A DNA stretch of 52,683 nucleotides from Candidatus Poribacteria bacterium (GTDB lineage: Bacteria; Poribacteria; WGA-4E; UBA9662): the NCBI GenBank assembly GCA_046582655.1, contig JAYGDX010000033.1, positions 1 to 52,683 on the forward strand, written 5' to 3'. The stretch's first letter is position 1, and the number at the start of each line of letters is the position of its first letter. The translations under genes were made by a program, and so were the position numbers. This document shows, piece by piece, positions 10,888 to 20,139 of this stretch. Under the pieces are notes generated by a model. The model saw only the letters and a program-made list of their open reading frames with translations. It was not told the DNA's origin and searched no databases.

Positions 10888-11727
10888 TTGAAAATGTCCC
10901 ACCTAAGCCAGATTAAGTGTAGGATTTGGTCTGCCAGTGAAGGCAGTATTGAACATAAAAACGATCTGGTTGCTGTCGAGGAACCATTAGAGATTAAGTT
11001 ATCCTCTAAGAAGCAATCACGCACAATCGCAATAACGATGCGCACACCAGGACATGATTATGATTTGACTGCCGGGTTTTTATACAGTGAAGGTATTCTG
11101 AAAGACCGGCGCGACTTTGTGAAGATGAGTTATTGTGTTGGAGAAGACAGGCATCTTCAGGAGTATAACCAGATTCGGGTAGAATTACGCCGGGATGATT
11201 TGGCAGATCTGCCGCAGTTGGAACGACACTTTTTTACCAATAGTGCGTGTGGTGTTTGTGGGAAAACTATGATTGAAGACCTTCAGCGCCGAGATATTCC
11301 TCCTGTATCGTTGACTACGCCTATTCATAATGATGTGATTCAGAATTTGCCTGTCGCACTGAGAAAATCCCAAAAGGTATTTGACCGTACCGGTGGACTT
11401 CATGCGGCGGCGATTTTTGATTCAGATGGAGCTTTGATAGTTGCCAGAGAAGATATTGGCCGCCATAATGCTACCGATAAACTTTTGGGTTGGGGGTTAC
11501 TCAATGATGAGCTGCCATTTCGGAATCGAATTCTGATGGTTAGTGGTCGAGCTAGCTTCGAATTACTCCAAAAGTGTGCAGTGGCAGCGACACCGGTATT
11601 TTGTGCGGTTTCAGCACCAAGCAGTCTAGCCGTATCATTGGCACAGTATTTTAATATCACGCTGATTGGATTTCTAAGAGACAATCGATTCAACATCTAT
11701 ACAAATCCTCAGAATATCAAAATTTGA
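10888..11727 (+). CDS. fdhD: Formate dehydrogenase accessory sulfurtransferase FdhD
   Basis: EEPLEI, TMRTPG, SACGVCG, TGGLHAA, EDIGRHNA, SGRASFE, SAPSSLA motifs. Confidence 0.96.
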   Translation: MKMSHLSQIKCRIWSASEGSIEHKNDLVAVEEPLEIKLSSKKQSRTIAITMRTPGHDYDLTAGFLYSEGILKDRRDFVKMSYCVGEDRHLQEYNQIRVELRRDDLADLPQLERHFFTNSACGVCGKTMIEDLQRRDIPPVSLTTPIHNDVIQNLPVALRKSQKVFDRTGGLHAAAIFDSDGALIVAREDIGRHNATDKLLGWGLLNDELPFRNRILMVSGRASFELLQKCAVAATPVFCAVSAPSSLAVSLAQYFNITLIGFLRDNRFNIYTNPQNIKI

Positions 11728-11739
11728 ATATTTCCTATA

Positions 11740-12399
11740 GTGTACATGCTACAATCCCAAATAACAGAGGCTGTTAAGAACCTTGATTCAACTGATGTAT
11801 CAGGGCAACCTTTTTTGCACGAAGCTATAGTTTATCTTAAATCTTGCTGGGATCAGTACCAGATGGCAGGTGGGAATGAACGCTATGCGGATCTACTTTC
11901 GGCTTTGGCCGACTCTGTTTCCACATATGTTGATACCAGCGAAATTGAGTCCACGTTCGTACAATTGCTACCGGATATTCTATTGTTGTCGGGTAGCCGA
12001 TTTGGTTTTCTAGCGGAAGTATGTTACAACTCGGCTGATCATCCCTATTTGCAATCACATGCCGTAACAAATATCTATAAACCGAGATACGATCGTCGCG
12101 ATATTTTGACCAATTTGCAGTTTCATAACCTGGAAACTCTAAATGGTGCTATCTTAACTAGCCGGAATCCAGTTCTGTCCAATAATCCCCAGCAAGATCC
12201 ACGTAGTGGCGGCGTTCCGTTCGGTCACCTGAAGATTAGTGCTTTTCTCGGGTTGCCGTTTCTGGTAAATGGGAATCTTGTCGGTGCCTTGGCATTAGCT
12301 AATTGCCCTGATGGTTACCTCGAAACAGAAATACAATTTTTTTCTCCGTTATGCATAATAAGTGGCTTGATTATTAGCGACTATCGGCATAGAAATTGA
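11740..12399 (+). CDS. Stand-alone GAF domain protein
   Basis: SNNPQQDPRSGGVPFGH...FLGLPF...VGALALAN...GY is a GAF signature; no output domain. Confidence 0.75.
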   Translation: MYMLQSQITEAVKNLDSTDVSGQPFLHEAIVYLKSCWDQYQMAGGNERYADLLSALADSVSTYVDTSEIESTFVQLLPDILLLSGSRFGFLAEVCYNSADHPYLQSHAVTNIYKPRYDRRDILTNLQFHNLETLNGAILTSRNPVLSNNPQQDPRSGGVPFGHLKISAFLGLPFLVNGNLVGALALANCPDGYLETEIQFFSPLCIISGLIISDYRHRN

Positions 12400-12402
12400 A
12401 TT

Positions 12403-12954
12403 GTGAATCAAAATAAACTAGAAACTATCTGTGTTTACTGTGGGTCGAGTTCAGGGCTTCAACCTGAATATATGGAGGCTGCAAAATCGCTGGGTGAGAT
12501 AATAGCAATTTGTCGCCTTAGTTTGGTTTATGGAGGATCTAACATCGGATTGATGGGGATTGTTGCTAATGCAGTCCTTGAGAACGGCGGAAAAGTAGTT
12601 GGTGTTATTCCCAATTTGTTTGCCGAAAAAATAGTTCATCGGAAATTGACTCGGATTTATCAAGTTGGTTCAATGCACGAAAGAAAACATAAGATGTTTG
12701 AGTTGTCGGACGGATTCATCGCCTTACCTGGTGGTTTAGGGACGGTGGAAGAGATTCTGGAAATTTGGGGATGGGCACAACTCGGTATTCACCAAAAGCC
12801 TTGCGGCTTTTTAAATACTAATGGGTACTATAACAAATTGCTAGAGTTTTTTGATCATGCTACCTCACAAGGTTTTTTCAAACCACAATATCGGAATATT
12901 ATACGTGTGGTGAATAAACCCGAAGAATTGCTAAATCAGTTTCAAATAAAGTGA
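12403..12954 (+). CDS. LOG family nucleotide phosphoribohydrolase (TIGR00730-like)
   Basis: CVYCGSS, LVYGG, GLMG, MHERK, PGGLGTVEE motifs. Confidence 0.92.
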   Translation: MNQNKLETICVYCGSSSGLQPEYMEAAKSLGEIIAICRLSLVYGGSNIGLMGIVANAVLENGGKVVGVIPNLFAEKIVHRKLTRIYQVGSMHERKHKMFELSDGFIALPGGLGTVEEILEIWGWAQLGIHQKPCGFLNTNGYYNKLLEFFDHATSQGFFKPQYRNIIRVVNKPEELLNQFQIK

Positions 12955-13002
12955 AACAACCAACCCGTTCATTGAAAGTAATTCTTAGCCTCCAAATATA
13001 AG

Positions 13003-13506
13003 GTGGATCAAATGCAGAAAATTAACCTCCAGGCAATCTCACAAGAAGAAATGGTTTCACCCAGAAGTAAATATCGCGTGCTTCGTCGTCACATTTCGCA
13101 ACATTTACGAGCACAGGATAAAGATGATAGGGAACCTCCATATGAAATTGAGCATGTGATATTGTCCTCGGGCAAAAAAAATTTTCCTTATCATGTGCAT
13201 GCATCTTGCTGGGAACTTTACTATGTTCTAAGTGGTATCGGCAAAATACGAACGGATACCGGCATTTCCAACATAGGCGTTGGTGATAGTATCATGTGTC
13301 CTCCCGGTGAAGCCCACCAGATTATAAATGATAGTGATTTGGATCTATCCTATTTGGTGATTGCTAACAACACTCCATTTGATCAATGTTACTATCCTGA
13401 CAGCGATAAGATGTGGTTTGCAGAGGTGTTAGCACCTGAAGGTGAGAGAGGACTTACTTTTGTACGGAAAGGTTTTACTGCCGATTATTGGGAAGGTGAA
13501 GAATAA
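13003..13506 (+). CDS. Cupin domain protein
   Basis: PYHVH...ELYYVLSG and GEAHQIIN metal-binding motifs; YYPDSDK and DYWEGE tail. Confidence 0.88.
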   Translation: MDQMQKINLQAISQEEMVSPRSKYRVLRRHISQHLRAQDKDDREPPYEIEHVILSSGKKNFPYHVHASCWELYYVLSGIGKIRTDTGISNIGVGDSIMCPPGEAHQIINDSDLDLSYLVIANNTPFDQCYYPDSDKMWFAEVLAPEGERGLTFVRKGFTADYWEGEE

Positions 13507-13598
13507 CCGATTAAACATGCCAGGCGGTAGGGATAGTGTTGTCGATGTGCTTGATCTTAGAGGTATATCAATCAATTTAGTAATTGGTACTTAGTAGT

Positions 13599-14505
13599 AT
13601 GAATTTGGAAGATGTTGTTATCAAACAAGAGGATATAGAATCAAACATTGCTACCTATCAAGAGACTGTTGAGCTTAATCCGCAAGATGCCAATGCGTAT
13701 AACAAGTTGGCATCAGCTTACTTTAATCAAGGTGAGTATGAGTCTGCAATTGTCGCTTATAAAAGCGCGATCGAACTGGTCCCGAACGATGCAGATGCCT
13801 GTAATAGCTTGGGAGCGGTTTACTATGAACACGGTAGTATAGAACTCGCGATTGTCGAGATTAAGTGGGCAATTGAGATCAATCCGGAGCATGAAAAAGC
13901 ACATATGAATTTGGGGACTATTTACACTAAGGTTGGATATTTAGAAGATGCATTGGTTGCCTTTGAACGGGCTATTGAGATTAATCCTAAATATGCAGAT
14001 GCTTTTTACGGTTTAGGTGCAATTCGATATATCCAAAGCGAATATGAATCCGCGTTAGTCGCTTATAAGAAGGTGATTGAGATTAATCCAAGACATATGA
14101 AAGCTCACAACGGGTTGGGCAAAATCTATGCCTTGGCAAAAAGTTACTGTCAACAAGCCGAGGGTCATTATCAACAAGAGGATTATGCATCGGCGTGCGT
14201 TGCATTCGAACAAGCAATTAAGATCAATCCAGAGGATGCTGATACATATTATGGTCTAGGAACAATTTGCCATCGACAAGGCGATATAAAATCGGCACTC
14301 GTTGCGTTCAAAAGGGCGATTAAGATTAAACCAGAACATGCGGGTGCGCGTATAAATCTGGGAATTGTTTATTGTCATTTGGGGCAGTATGAATCAGCAA
14401 TTCGGCGAGATTGAAAAAGCGATTGAGATTAGTCCGCAAGATGCAAGGGCACAGCATGTGCTGGAACACATTTACGATCAGTCAGGCAAGCAACAGGAAC
14501 GTTAG
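13599..14505 (+). CDS. Tetratricopeptide repeat protein with a frameshift near 14403
   Basis: Regular 34-aa TPRs; after ESAI the repeat continues in another frame as GEIEKAIEISPQDARAQHVLEHIY to TAG 14503-14505, whereas the annotated frame stops at 14414. Confidence 0.8.
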
Positions 14506-14515
14506 AAAATAAAAA

Positions 14516-14605
14516 ATGATGTCCGATATTGAAAGAATCGAATTTTATCGTGTTGGAATTGTCGGAGCTGGTGTTCATATACAAGCATACGGCTTGGCTT
14601 ATTAA
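14516..14605 (+). pseudogene. N-terminal remnant of a Rossmann-fold oxidoreductase (Gfo/Idh/MocA-like)
   Basis: Translates MMSDIERIEFYRVGIVGAGVHIQAYGLAY then stop; RVGIVGAG...H..AY resembles the family N-terminus. Confidence 0.4.
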
Positions 14606-14929
14606 GAAATTAATAGGTTTAGAGTTTTCTTGTTTACAAGGTATTGGAAAAGACCTTGCTACCTACTGTGGGTAGAAGTTTTGGCCTTGCAAATAGGTAC
14701 CTCAGTTTAGTCTAAATGCTGGAAAGAAAGGCGAAATTTCGTTAGCGTCTTGAAACTGTGGCCGATCTTATCAAGATACAAGGGTAATAGGAACTTCACC
14801 TGTAATAGAAATCTGCAACTTAACAATTAATAGGCGCGATGAGAATTTGTGAAAGTCAAATTTTATATCGATGCCATTTTATCAATGGATGTAAATGCTG
14901 CAATAAAGACAAGTGGGTTCAAAGCTACT

Positions 14930-15568
14930 ATGTCCATTCAAAGGTATATAAAATCGCATCTTATTGTGCAGATGAGCTTGTTGGTTTGCTTTTGCCTCAT
15001 GTTTTCGTGTTCGTCTTCAGTGTCAATTGAGGAACCAGAGGATCTTAGAATACCGGATATTGACTACACTCAAATCAGGAATCAAACACCAATCAAGGAA
15101 GACACTGGAGATCCACTTCGTACTGTTGAGATTGAGGAGGAAGAAAATTATGTGGCAGAAGAAAGACAGAAATCAACTAGTCAAGAAGCGGTTACGGAGA
15201 TTGTATTAGATAGTGGTGATTCGATTAATCTGGACTTCGATTATGATAGTGTGATAGCAAAGTTCCGTAAAAAAAAGGTATCAGTTGTTCGTTATGAGAT
15301 TAGAGGTGATGTTACGGATCGCAATGTACTTCATACCCCTCGAATGTTGGTGGTGGTGGAGGAACTTCAAGGGAAAAGTGTTAAACTGCATTTTAATGTT
15401 AGGTCCGATGGTACTGTTTATGATGTTCGTACAATCGAATCTGGTCATCAAGAATTGACGGAAAGGGCCGTAGACTTTGTCTCCCAACTCCTTTTTAGCC
15501 AGAATCGTGGAGAACAATCCGGTGAAATCAGGATTCTTTTTATAAAACCGGATATTTCAGAGAATTGA
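14930..15568 (+). CDS. Putative lipoprotein with TonB C-terminal-like domain
   Basis: Hydrophobic stretch ending LMFSC, acidic linker, then VKLHFNVRSDGTVYDV..IESGHQELTERAVDFV resembling TonB_C. Start codon uncertain. Confidence 0.6.
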   Translation: MSIQRYIKSHLIVQMSLLVCFCLMFSCSSSVSIEEPEDLRIPDIDYTQIRNQTPIKEDTGDPLRTVEIEEEENYVAEERQKSTSQEAVTEIVLDSGDSINLDFDYDSVIAKFRKKKVSVVRYEIRGDVTDRNVLHTPRMLVVVEELQGKSVKLHFNVRSDGTVYDVRTIESGHQELTERAVDFVSQLLFSQNRGEQSGEIRILFIKPDISEN

Positions 15569-15600
15569 AGAGATAATTATTACCATCGACTTCTCACGTG

Positions 15601-15632
15601 AGTGGCAAAAATCTGCCACTTTGTGTGTTTTT
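15601..15632 (+). terminator. Probable intrinsic terminator
   Basis: AGTGGCA / 6-nt loop / TGCCACT stem followed by a T-rich tract, 33 bp after the stop at 15568. Confidence 0.55.
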
Positions 15633-15820
15633 ATTTTAAAGACGTACAATTAGAAATCCTCCCTAGGGAGTAAACAATAAGCTGAAAGAGATTTTTCGCT
15701 TGGCGTCTGGGAGTGATAAATTGTTGGCTTTTGTCGATGCCGTATTCTATATGCATACCGACACGAAAGGGTGATTGGAGTTGATTGTTTTTTTCGTTGA
15801 ACCCTTATTATGAAGGAGAA

Positions 15821-16792
15821 ATGATTTTGCAAAGGCGGAAGTTTTTAAAAGTAGCGACGGGCAGCGTTGTTGGTACCAAGCTAGGCATTCAACTGCCGCA
15901 TAATTTGCAGGCGGCTGCACATGAAATCGATCTCCGCGATCACGGAATTCCCAAACGCAAACTGGGACAGACAGATGAGATGGTTACAATCATCGGTTTG
16001 GGTGGTGCCCATATTAGCATGGGGCCAGCTAGCAAAGATGAGTCAATGGCTCTCCAAATCGTTCATCGTGCCATCGATCATGGCATTAACTTTTTTGATA
16101 ATGCGCATTCTTACGGTGATGGACGAAGCGAGATCCTGATGGGTAAAGCCTTGAAAGGACATCGTGAAAAAATTTTCTTGATGACAAAATCTGATAAGCG
16201 TAATGCTAAGGCTGCACAAACAGAGTTAGACTTGAGCCTGAAACGGTTATCTACTGATTATCTTGACCTCTGGCAATTTCACAATGTGACTTCGGTAGAA
16301 AATACTGAACAGATCTTTTTCAAGGGCGGTGCTATGGAAGTTGCGCTGAAAGCGAAGGAAGCTGGGAAAGTTCGCTACATTGGTGTCACGGGACATCGAG
16401 ATCCCGCCGCACATTTGAGGGCTATGGAATTGTACGACTTTGATACGGTGCAGATGCCATTGAATGTGGTAGACAGGCATTATCTCAGCTTTGAAAAGCA
16501 GGTCTTGGCAAAGCTAGTTGAGAAAAATATCGGGGTTTTAGCCATGAAGAGTTTAGCCATGGGTGAGATTGCAAAACAAAAAATATTTAAAGTTGAAGAT
16601 GCCCTGCGATATGTATGGAGTTTGCCTGTAAGTGTTCTAATCTCTGGCTGCGACTCACCTGAAGTATTGGATCAGAACGTTGCATCGTCCAAAATGTTCC
16701 AACCCATTTCAGCCGATGAGAAAGCGGACATTTTGAATCAAACTGAGGTGCACAAAGGCACCAGTGTGGAGGGATATAAACGAAATATTTAG
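15821..16792 (+). CDS. Aldo/keto reductase with Tat signal peptide
   Basis: QRRKFLK twin-arginine motif; FDNAHSYG, MTK, DLWQFH catalytic tetrad; AAGGAG RBS (start at 15821 or TTG 15827). Confidence 0.88.
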   Translation: MILQRRKFLKVATGSVVGTKLGIQLPHNLQAAAHEIDLRDHGIPKRKLGQTDEMVTIIGLGGAHISMGPASKDESMALQIVHRAIDHGINFFDNAHSYGDGRSEILMGKALKGHREKIFLMTKSDKRNAKAAQTELDLSLKRLSTDYLDLWQFHNVTSVENTEQIFFKGGAMEVALKAKEAGKVRYIGVTGHRDPAAHLRAMELYDFDTVQMPLNVVDRHYLSFEKQVLAKLVEKNIGVLAMKSLAMGEIAKQKIFKVEDALRYVWSLPVSVLISGCDSPEVLDQNVASSKMFQPISADEKADILNQTEVHKGTSVEGYKRNI

Positions 16793-16882
16793 GATCTAGG
16801 CAAGGTGGTGTTCGATAACGAGCTTATGTGGATCAAATGGGTTTCGTAAGATCTAGCAGGGATTGGAGGCAACAATTCAATC

Positions 16883-17665
16883 TCAATTGTGATCAACAGC
16901 GATGCGCTGTCCAATGCCCGTTAGTAAACGCCCACCGTCAACGACAAATGCTGTGCCGGTGACGAATTCTGCGTCATCAGAAGCTAGATAAGCAACGGCT
17001 TTAGCAATATCTTCCGGTTGGCCAGCACGTCCAATAGGGAGTTCGTCAGCCCAACGATTGAGAGTGCGTTGTCTGTCTTCAGTGGATGTCATAATCATTG
17101 ATGTGGCTGTTGGTCCTGGACAGACAGCATTAACACGAATGTTTTGCTCAGCGAAATCCAGAGCCATGCACTGTGTTAAGAGAATGATTCCTGCTTTGGA
17201 CGCGCTATAGACGGAATAACCACCTCCACCGGATATGCCGGCTGTAGAAGAAGTGTTGATGATAACGCCACTTCCTGCTTTCTGCATCGCTGGAATAGCA
17301 TATTTGGAAACCAGGTAAACGCTTTTCAGGTTGATGTTGATGGATCTGTCCCAGTCAGCTTCGGAGATGGTGGTGACATTTCCAACGACTAGAACGCCCG
17401 CGTTATTATGTAGAATATCCAATCGGCCATGGTGTCGCAGGGTTTCTTCAACTAGGTGTTCGGTTTGATCTGCTTTTGAAACGTCGGTTTGAACAAAGGT
17501 TGCCCTCTGATCGTGCTGGTTGAGTTCTTCCGCTAGAGATTGACCTTCAGAGTTGGTGTCGGCGATAATAACGCTTGCTCCTTCATCAATGAAAAGCTTG
17601 ACTGTGGCGGCGCCTATGCCTGAAGCCCCACCGGTAACGATAACGGATTTTCCTTGAAATCTCAT
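16883..17665 (-). CDS. Short-chain dehydrogenase/reductase
   Basis: TGGASGIG, NNAG, YSASK, VNAVCPG motifs. Confidence 0.95.
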   Translation of the reverse strand: MRFQGKSVIVTGGASGIGAATVKLFIDEGASVIIADTNSEGQSLAEELNQHDQRATFVQTDVSKADQTEHLVEETLRHHGRLDILHNNAGVLVVGNVTTISEADWDRSININLKSVYLVSKYAIPAMQKAGSGVIINTSSTAGISGGGGYSVYSASKAGIILLTQCMALDFAEQNIRVNAVCPGPTATSMIMTSTEDRQRTLNRWADELPIGRAGQPEDIAKAVAYLASDDAEFVTGTAFVVDGGRLLTGIGQRIAVDHN

Positions 17666-17711
17666 GCTGTTTTCTTTTTCTTAATTATGTATGTAGTAAT
17701 TTAAGAAATTG

Positions 17712-18602
17712 TTATCTGTTGAAGAAGAAATCTTCAGCTGTTTTTATCAGTATCTGTTTTTTATCCGAACTGCTCAAGAAATCTGCCTGATCGCGGATCA
17801 AGGCAATTGATAGTGGGTAATCGTTGGCTGGATCTTTCATCATTATCGGTCCGCCGCTATCGCTTTCCCACATACATCTTTCTGGGCTGAAAGCGTCAAC
17901 AACCCTCCGAATTAACGGTAGTAGATCCAGGTAGGGTGCCTTCCCATCACCTAAAGCTTGGAAAGGACCAAGTTTGACCATTACTCGACTATGCTTGGCC
18001 ATGCGGCATAATAGCTCAAGTTCTGATTCTGGCAATACACCGTTTTGGATTCGAATTCCGCAAACATGATCTAAAATCACTGGCGTTTCAGGAAAGCGGG
18101 TGCACATCCGGTCTAGTTCAGGCAGGTCGTCAGTGCCTATAAGAAAGCTGAGTGCTAGATTATGTTGTGCTCCTGCGTGAAACATCTTTTCGTACCCTGG
18201 ATAGTCTAGCCATTGTGTCAGATCACCAATTGGTTGCCGGGCTGTCTGTCCGCCTCGTATACGAAATGCATAGATCCCACCTTGTGCCAATGCAATCATT
18301 GTTTTTTCTGGATTTGGAAGCGAGACATCGGCAATAGCTGGAACAATACCGGTACCAACGAAAGTTTCTGGATCGTCAGCAATCAGGTCAAGGATATAGC
18401 TGTGATCCAGACCATACCAAGTCATCTGAACCAAGTTGAGCCGCATGTTCCCAACCGACTGGCTGTACTGAAAATAGGTTTTCGGTGTGAAGGAAGGCAG
18501 CCACAAATCGGACTTTTCAAAACCGGGAGCTAGGGGATATCGATCCGTATCTGCAGACCAGACATGAACATGCGCATCGGTAATTCGACTTGGCTCTTTC
18601 AT
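17712..18602 (-). CDS. Amidohydrolase_2 family protein (sugar-lactonase-like)
   Basis: DAHVHVW, ILDH, VKL, RCMWESD motifs. Confidence 0.85.
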   Translation of the reverse strand: MKEPSRITDAHVHVWSADTDRYPLAPGFEKSDLWLPSFTPKTYFQYSQSVGNMRLNLVQMTWYGLDHSYILDLIADDPETFVGTGIVPAIADVSLPNPEKTMIALAQGGIYAFRIRGGQTARQPIGDLTQWLDYPGYEKMFHAGAQHNLALSFLIGTDDLPELDRMCTRFPETPVILDHVCGIRIQNGVLPESELELLCRMAKHSRVMVKLGPFQALGDGKAPYLDLLPLIRRVVDAFSPERCMWESDSGGPIMMKDPANDYPLSIALIRDQADFLSSSDKKQILIKTAEDFFFNR

Positions 18603-19567
18603 CGATTTACCGGTTTCTGTTCGATCTGTTTTCTGTAGGTTTTATTGGCAGCATTTAAAGTTTTGACAACTTCCTGAGGGAGGACTAACTGCGTCCCTGC
18701 AAGATTCTGATCAACATGTTCGGGTGATTCAGCCCCAGATAGAATACTGGTGACTTCTGTGTGTGTCAATACTCAAGCAACGCAGAGTTCTGCTCGAGTA
18801 ACATTCAGGTTCTGGGCTATCTGATCAAGTGCTTGCACTAATTCCGCCAAGGGGGAGGTAGCCTTGACCTGTTTATTGGGAGAAAGATTGCCGGCATCTA
18901 GTGGGCTGAAGGCTACAAGTCCCAGTTCGATTTGACGAATAAGGGGAAACATTTCCCGCTCAAGCTGACCAGTACGGGATTGCCCCTCAGAATCAACGGA
19001 CTCTCCGGCAATATTGTAGTGGTCTTCGATTCCTGCTATAGGAGTTTTACTTGATTTTTTCCCGACTGCGACGAATTGAGCTACTTGTTTCGCTGAGTGA
19101 TTAGAAGCACCCCAGTAGCGAATTTTCCCCGATTGCACCAGTGTATCCATGGAATCTACGATGTCGTCAATCGGAGTGCCCTCGTCCGGTTGATGTAGCA
19201 GGTATAGGTCAATGTAGTTGGTCCCTAAGCGTTTGAGACTCTCTTCTGCCTGCTGAAAAAGGAAATGACGAGTGAAACGTGCTGGTTTGGTTCCATTCCC
19301 TGGAGCCTTGGGTGGATAGGATGCTGCCACTTTGGTGCAGATGGTCACCTGTTGGCGTCTGCCTGCAACTGCTTTCCCTAGTGCTATTTCCGATCCACCC
19401 CACCCATAAGCATTTGAAGAATCGAAAAAGTTGATTCCCTTCTCAAGGCAATGTTGCAAGACACGCTGTCCCTGGGGGTCGTCACCTGTTCGTGGAAGAT
19501 GTCGAAATGCTGTTCCCTGACAAAGCCGGGAGACGTATAGATCCGTTTTTCCAAAACGAGATGTCAT
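18599..19567 (-). pseudogene. Aldo/keto reductase interrupted by an in-frame TGA at 18773-18775
   Basis: DSSNAYG, TKV, LLHQPD tetrad; frame continues past the TGA as LCVA*VLTHTEVTSILSGAESPEHVDQNL to a TGA at 18599-18601 that overlaps the next ATG. Confidence 0.85.
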
Positions 19568-20139
19568 CTGTTAAACTTGATACCACTTAGGGGTTTAGAT
19601 TAGATTGTATCAGAAAGCTGGAATGTGTTTACTCGCGGAGCTAGACTGCGTAATTCGTGTGTGCTATTCTAGCATATAATTATTGTGTTGCAATCAAATA
19701 TGTTCTTATCAAATAATTTTTGGTTTGACTATGAAAATTATGAAGCAATGTTGTACAAGTCCAGATTTCAGACGTGTGTCTTAGTTAGCGATTGGTTAAA
19801 GCTTCATTTTAAAATTAGGGAATATGGGGTTTGAGTTAATTGGCGCATTATATGTGCTGTGAAGTAAGATAGCTTTGTTTGTGAAATCTCTTCGCCTAGT
19901 AGTGCGATTAAATAGGAATATGGTTAGGAAAGCCGGGTCAGATATTGGTTTTGATCGTTTTGAAACTGATCTGAAGCTTCGAGAAATCATCAAATCGCAA
20001 GATATAAAGCAATAGTGATCAGTGGAGATTTTTCTCTCTGAAATCGAACCTTGCTTTCAATATATACCGATATTTTTTGACATGGGTTTAAGCTTTCAAT
20101 TGATAGCTGCGATTTTATGAAATAGTATAGGAGACTCGA

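Noticed and set aside
9203..18775. Alternative genetic code with TGA as Trp or Gly
   Set aside because: TGA terminates several genes at their expected ends (fdhD, GAF, LOG, SDR) and TGG is used throughout; the two internal TGAs have separate explanations.
18740..18775. Selenocysteine at the AKR internal TGA
   Set aside because: Position corresponds to Trp, not Cys, and no SECIS-like stem follows.
19568..20139. ORF 19796-19993 and a 31-codon plus-strand ORF near 19920
   Set aside because: No recognisable homology; more likely a divergent promoter region or remnant.
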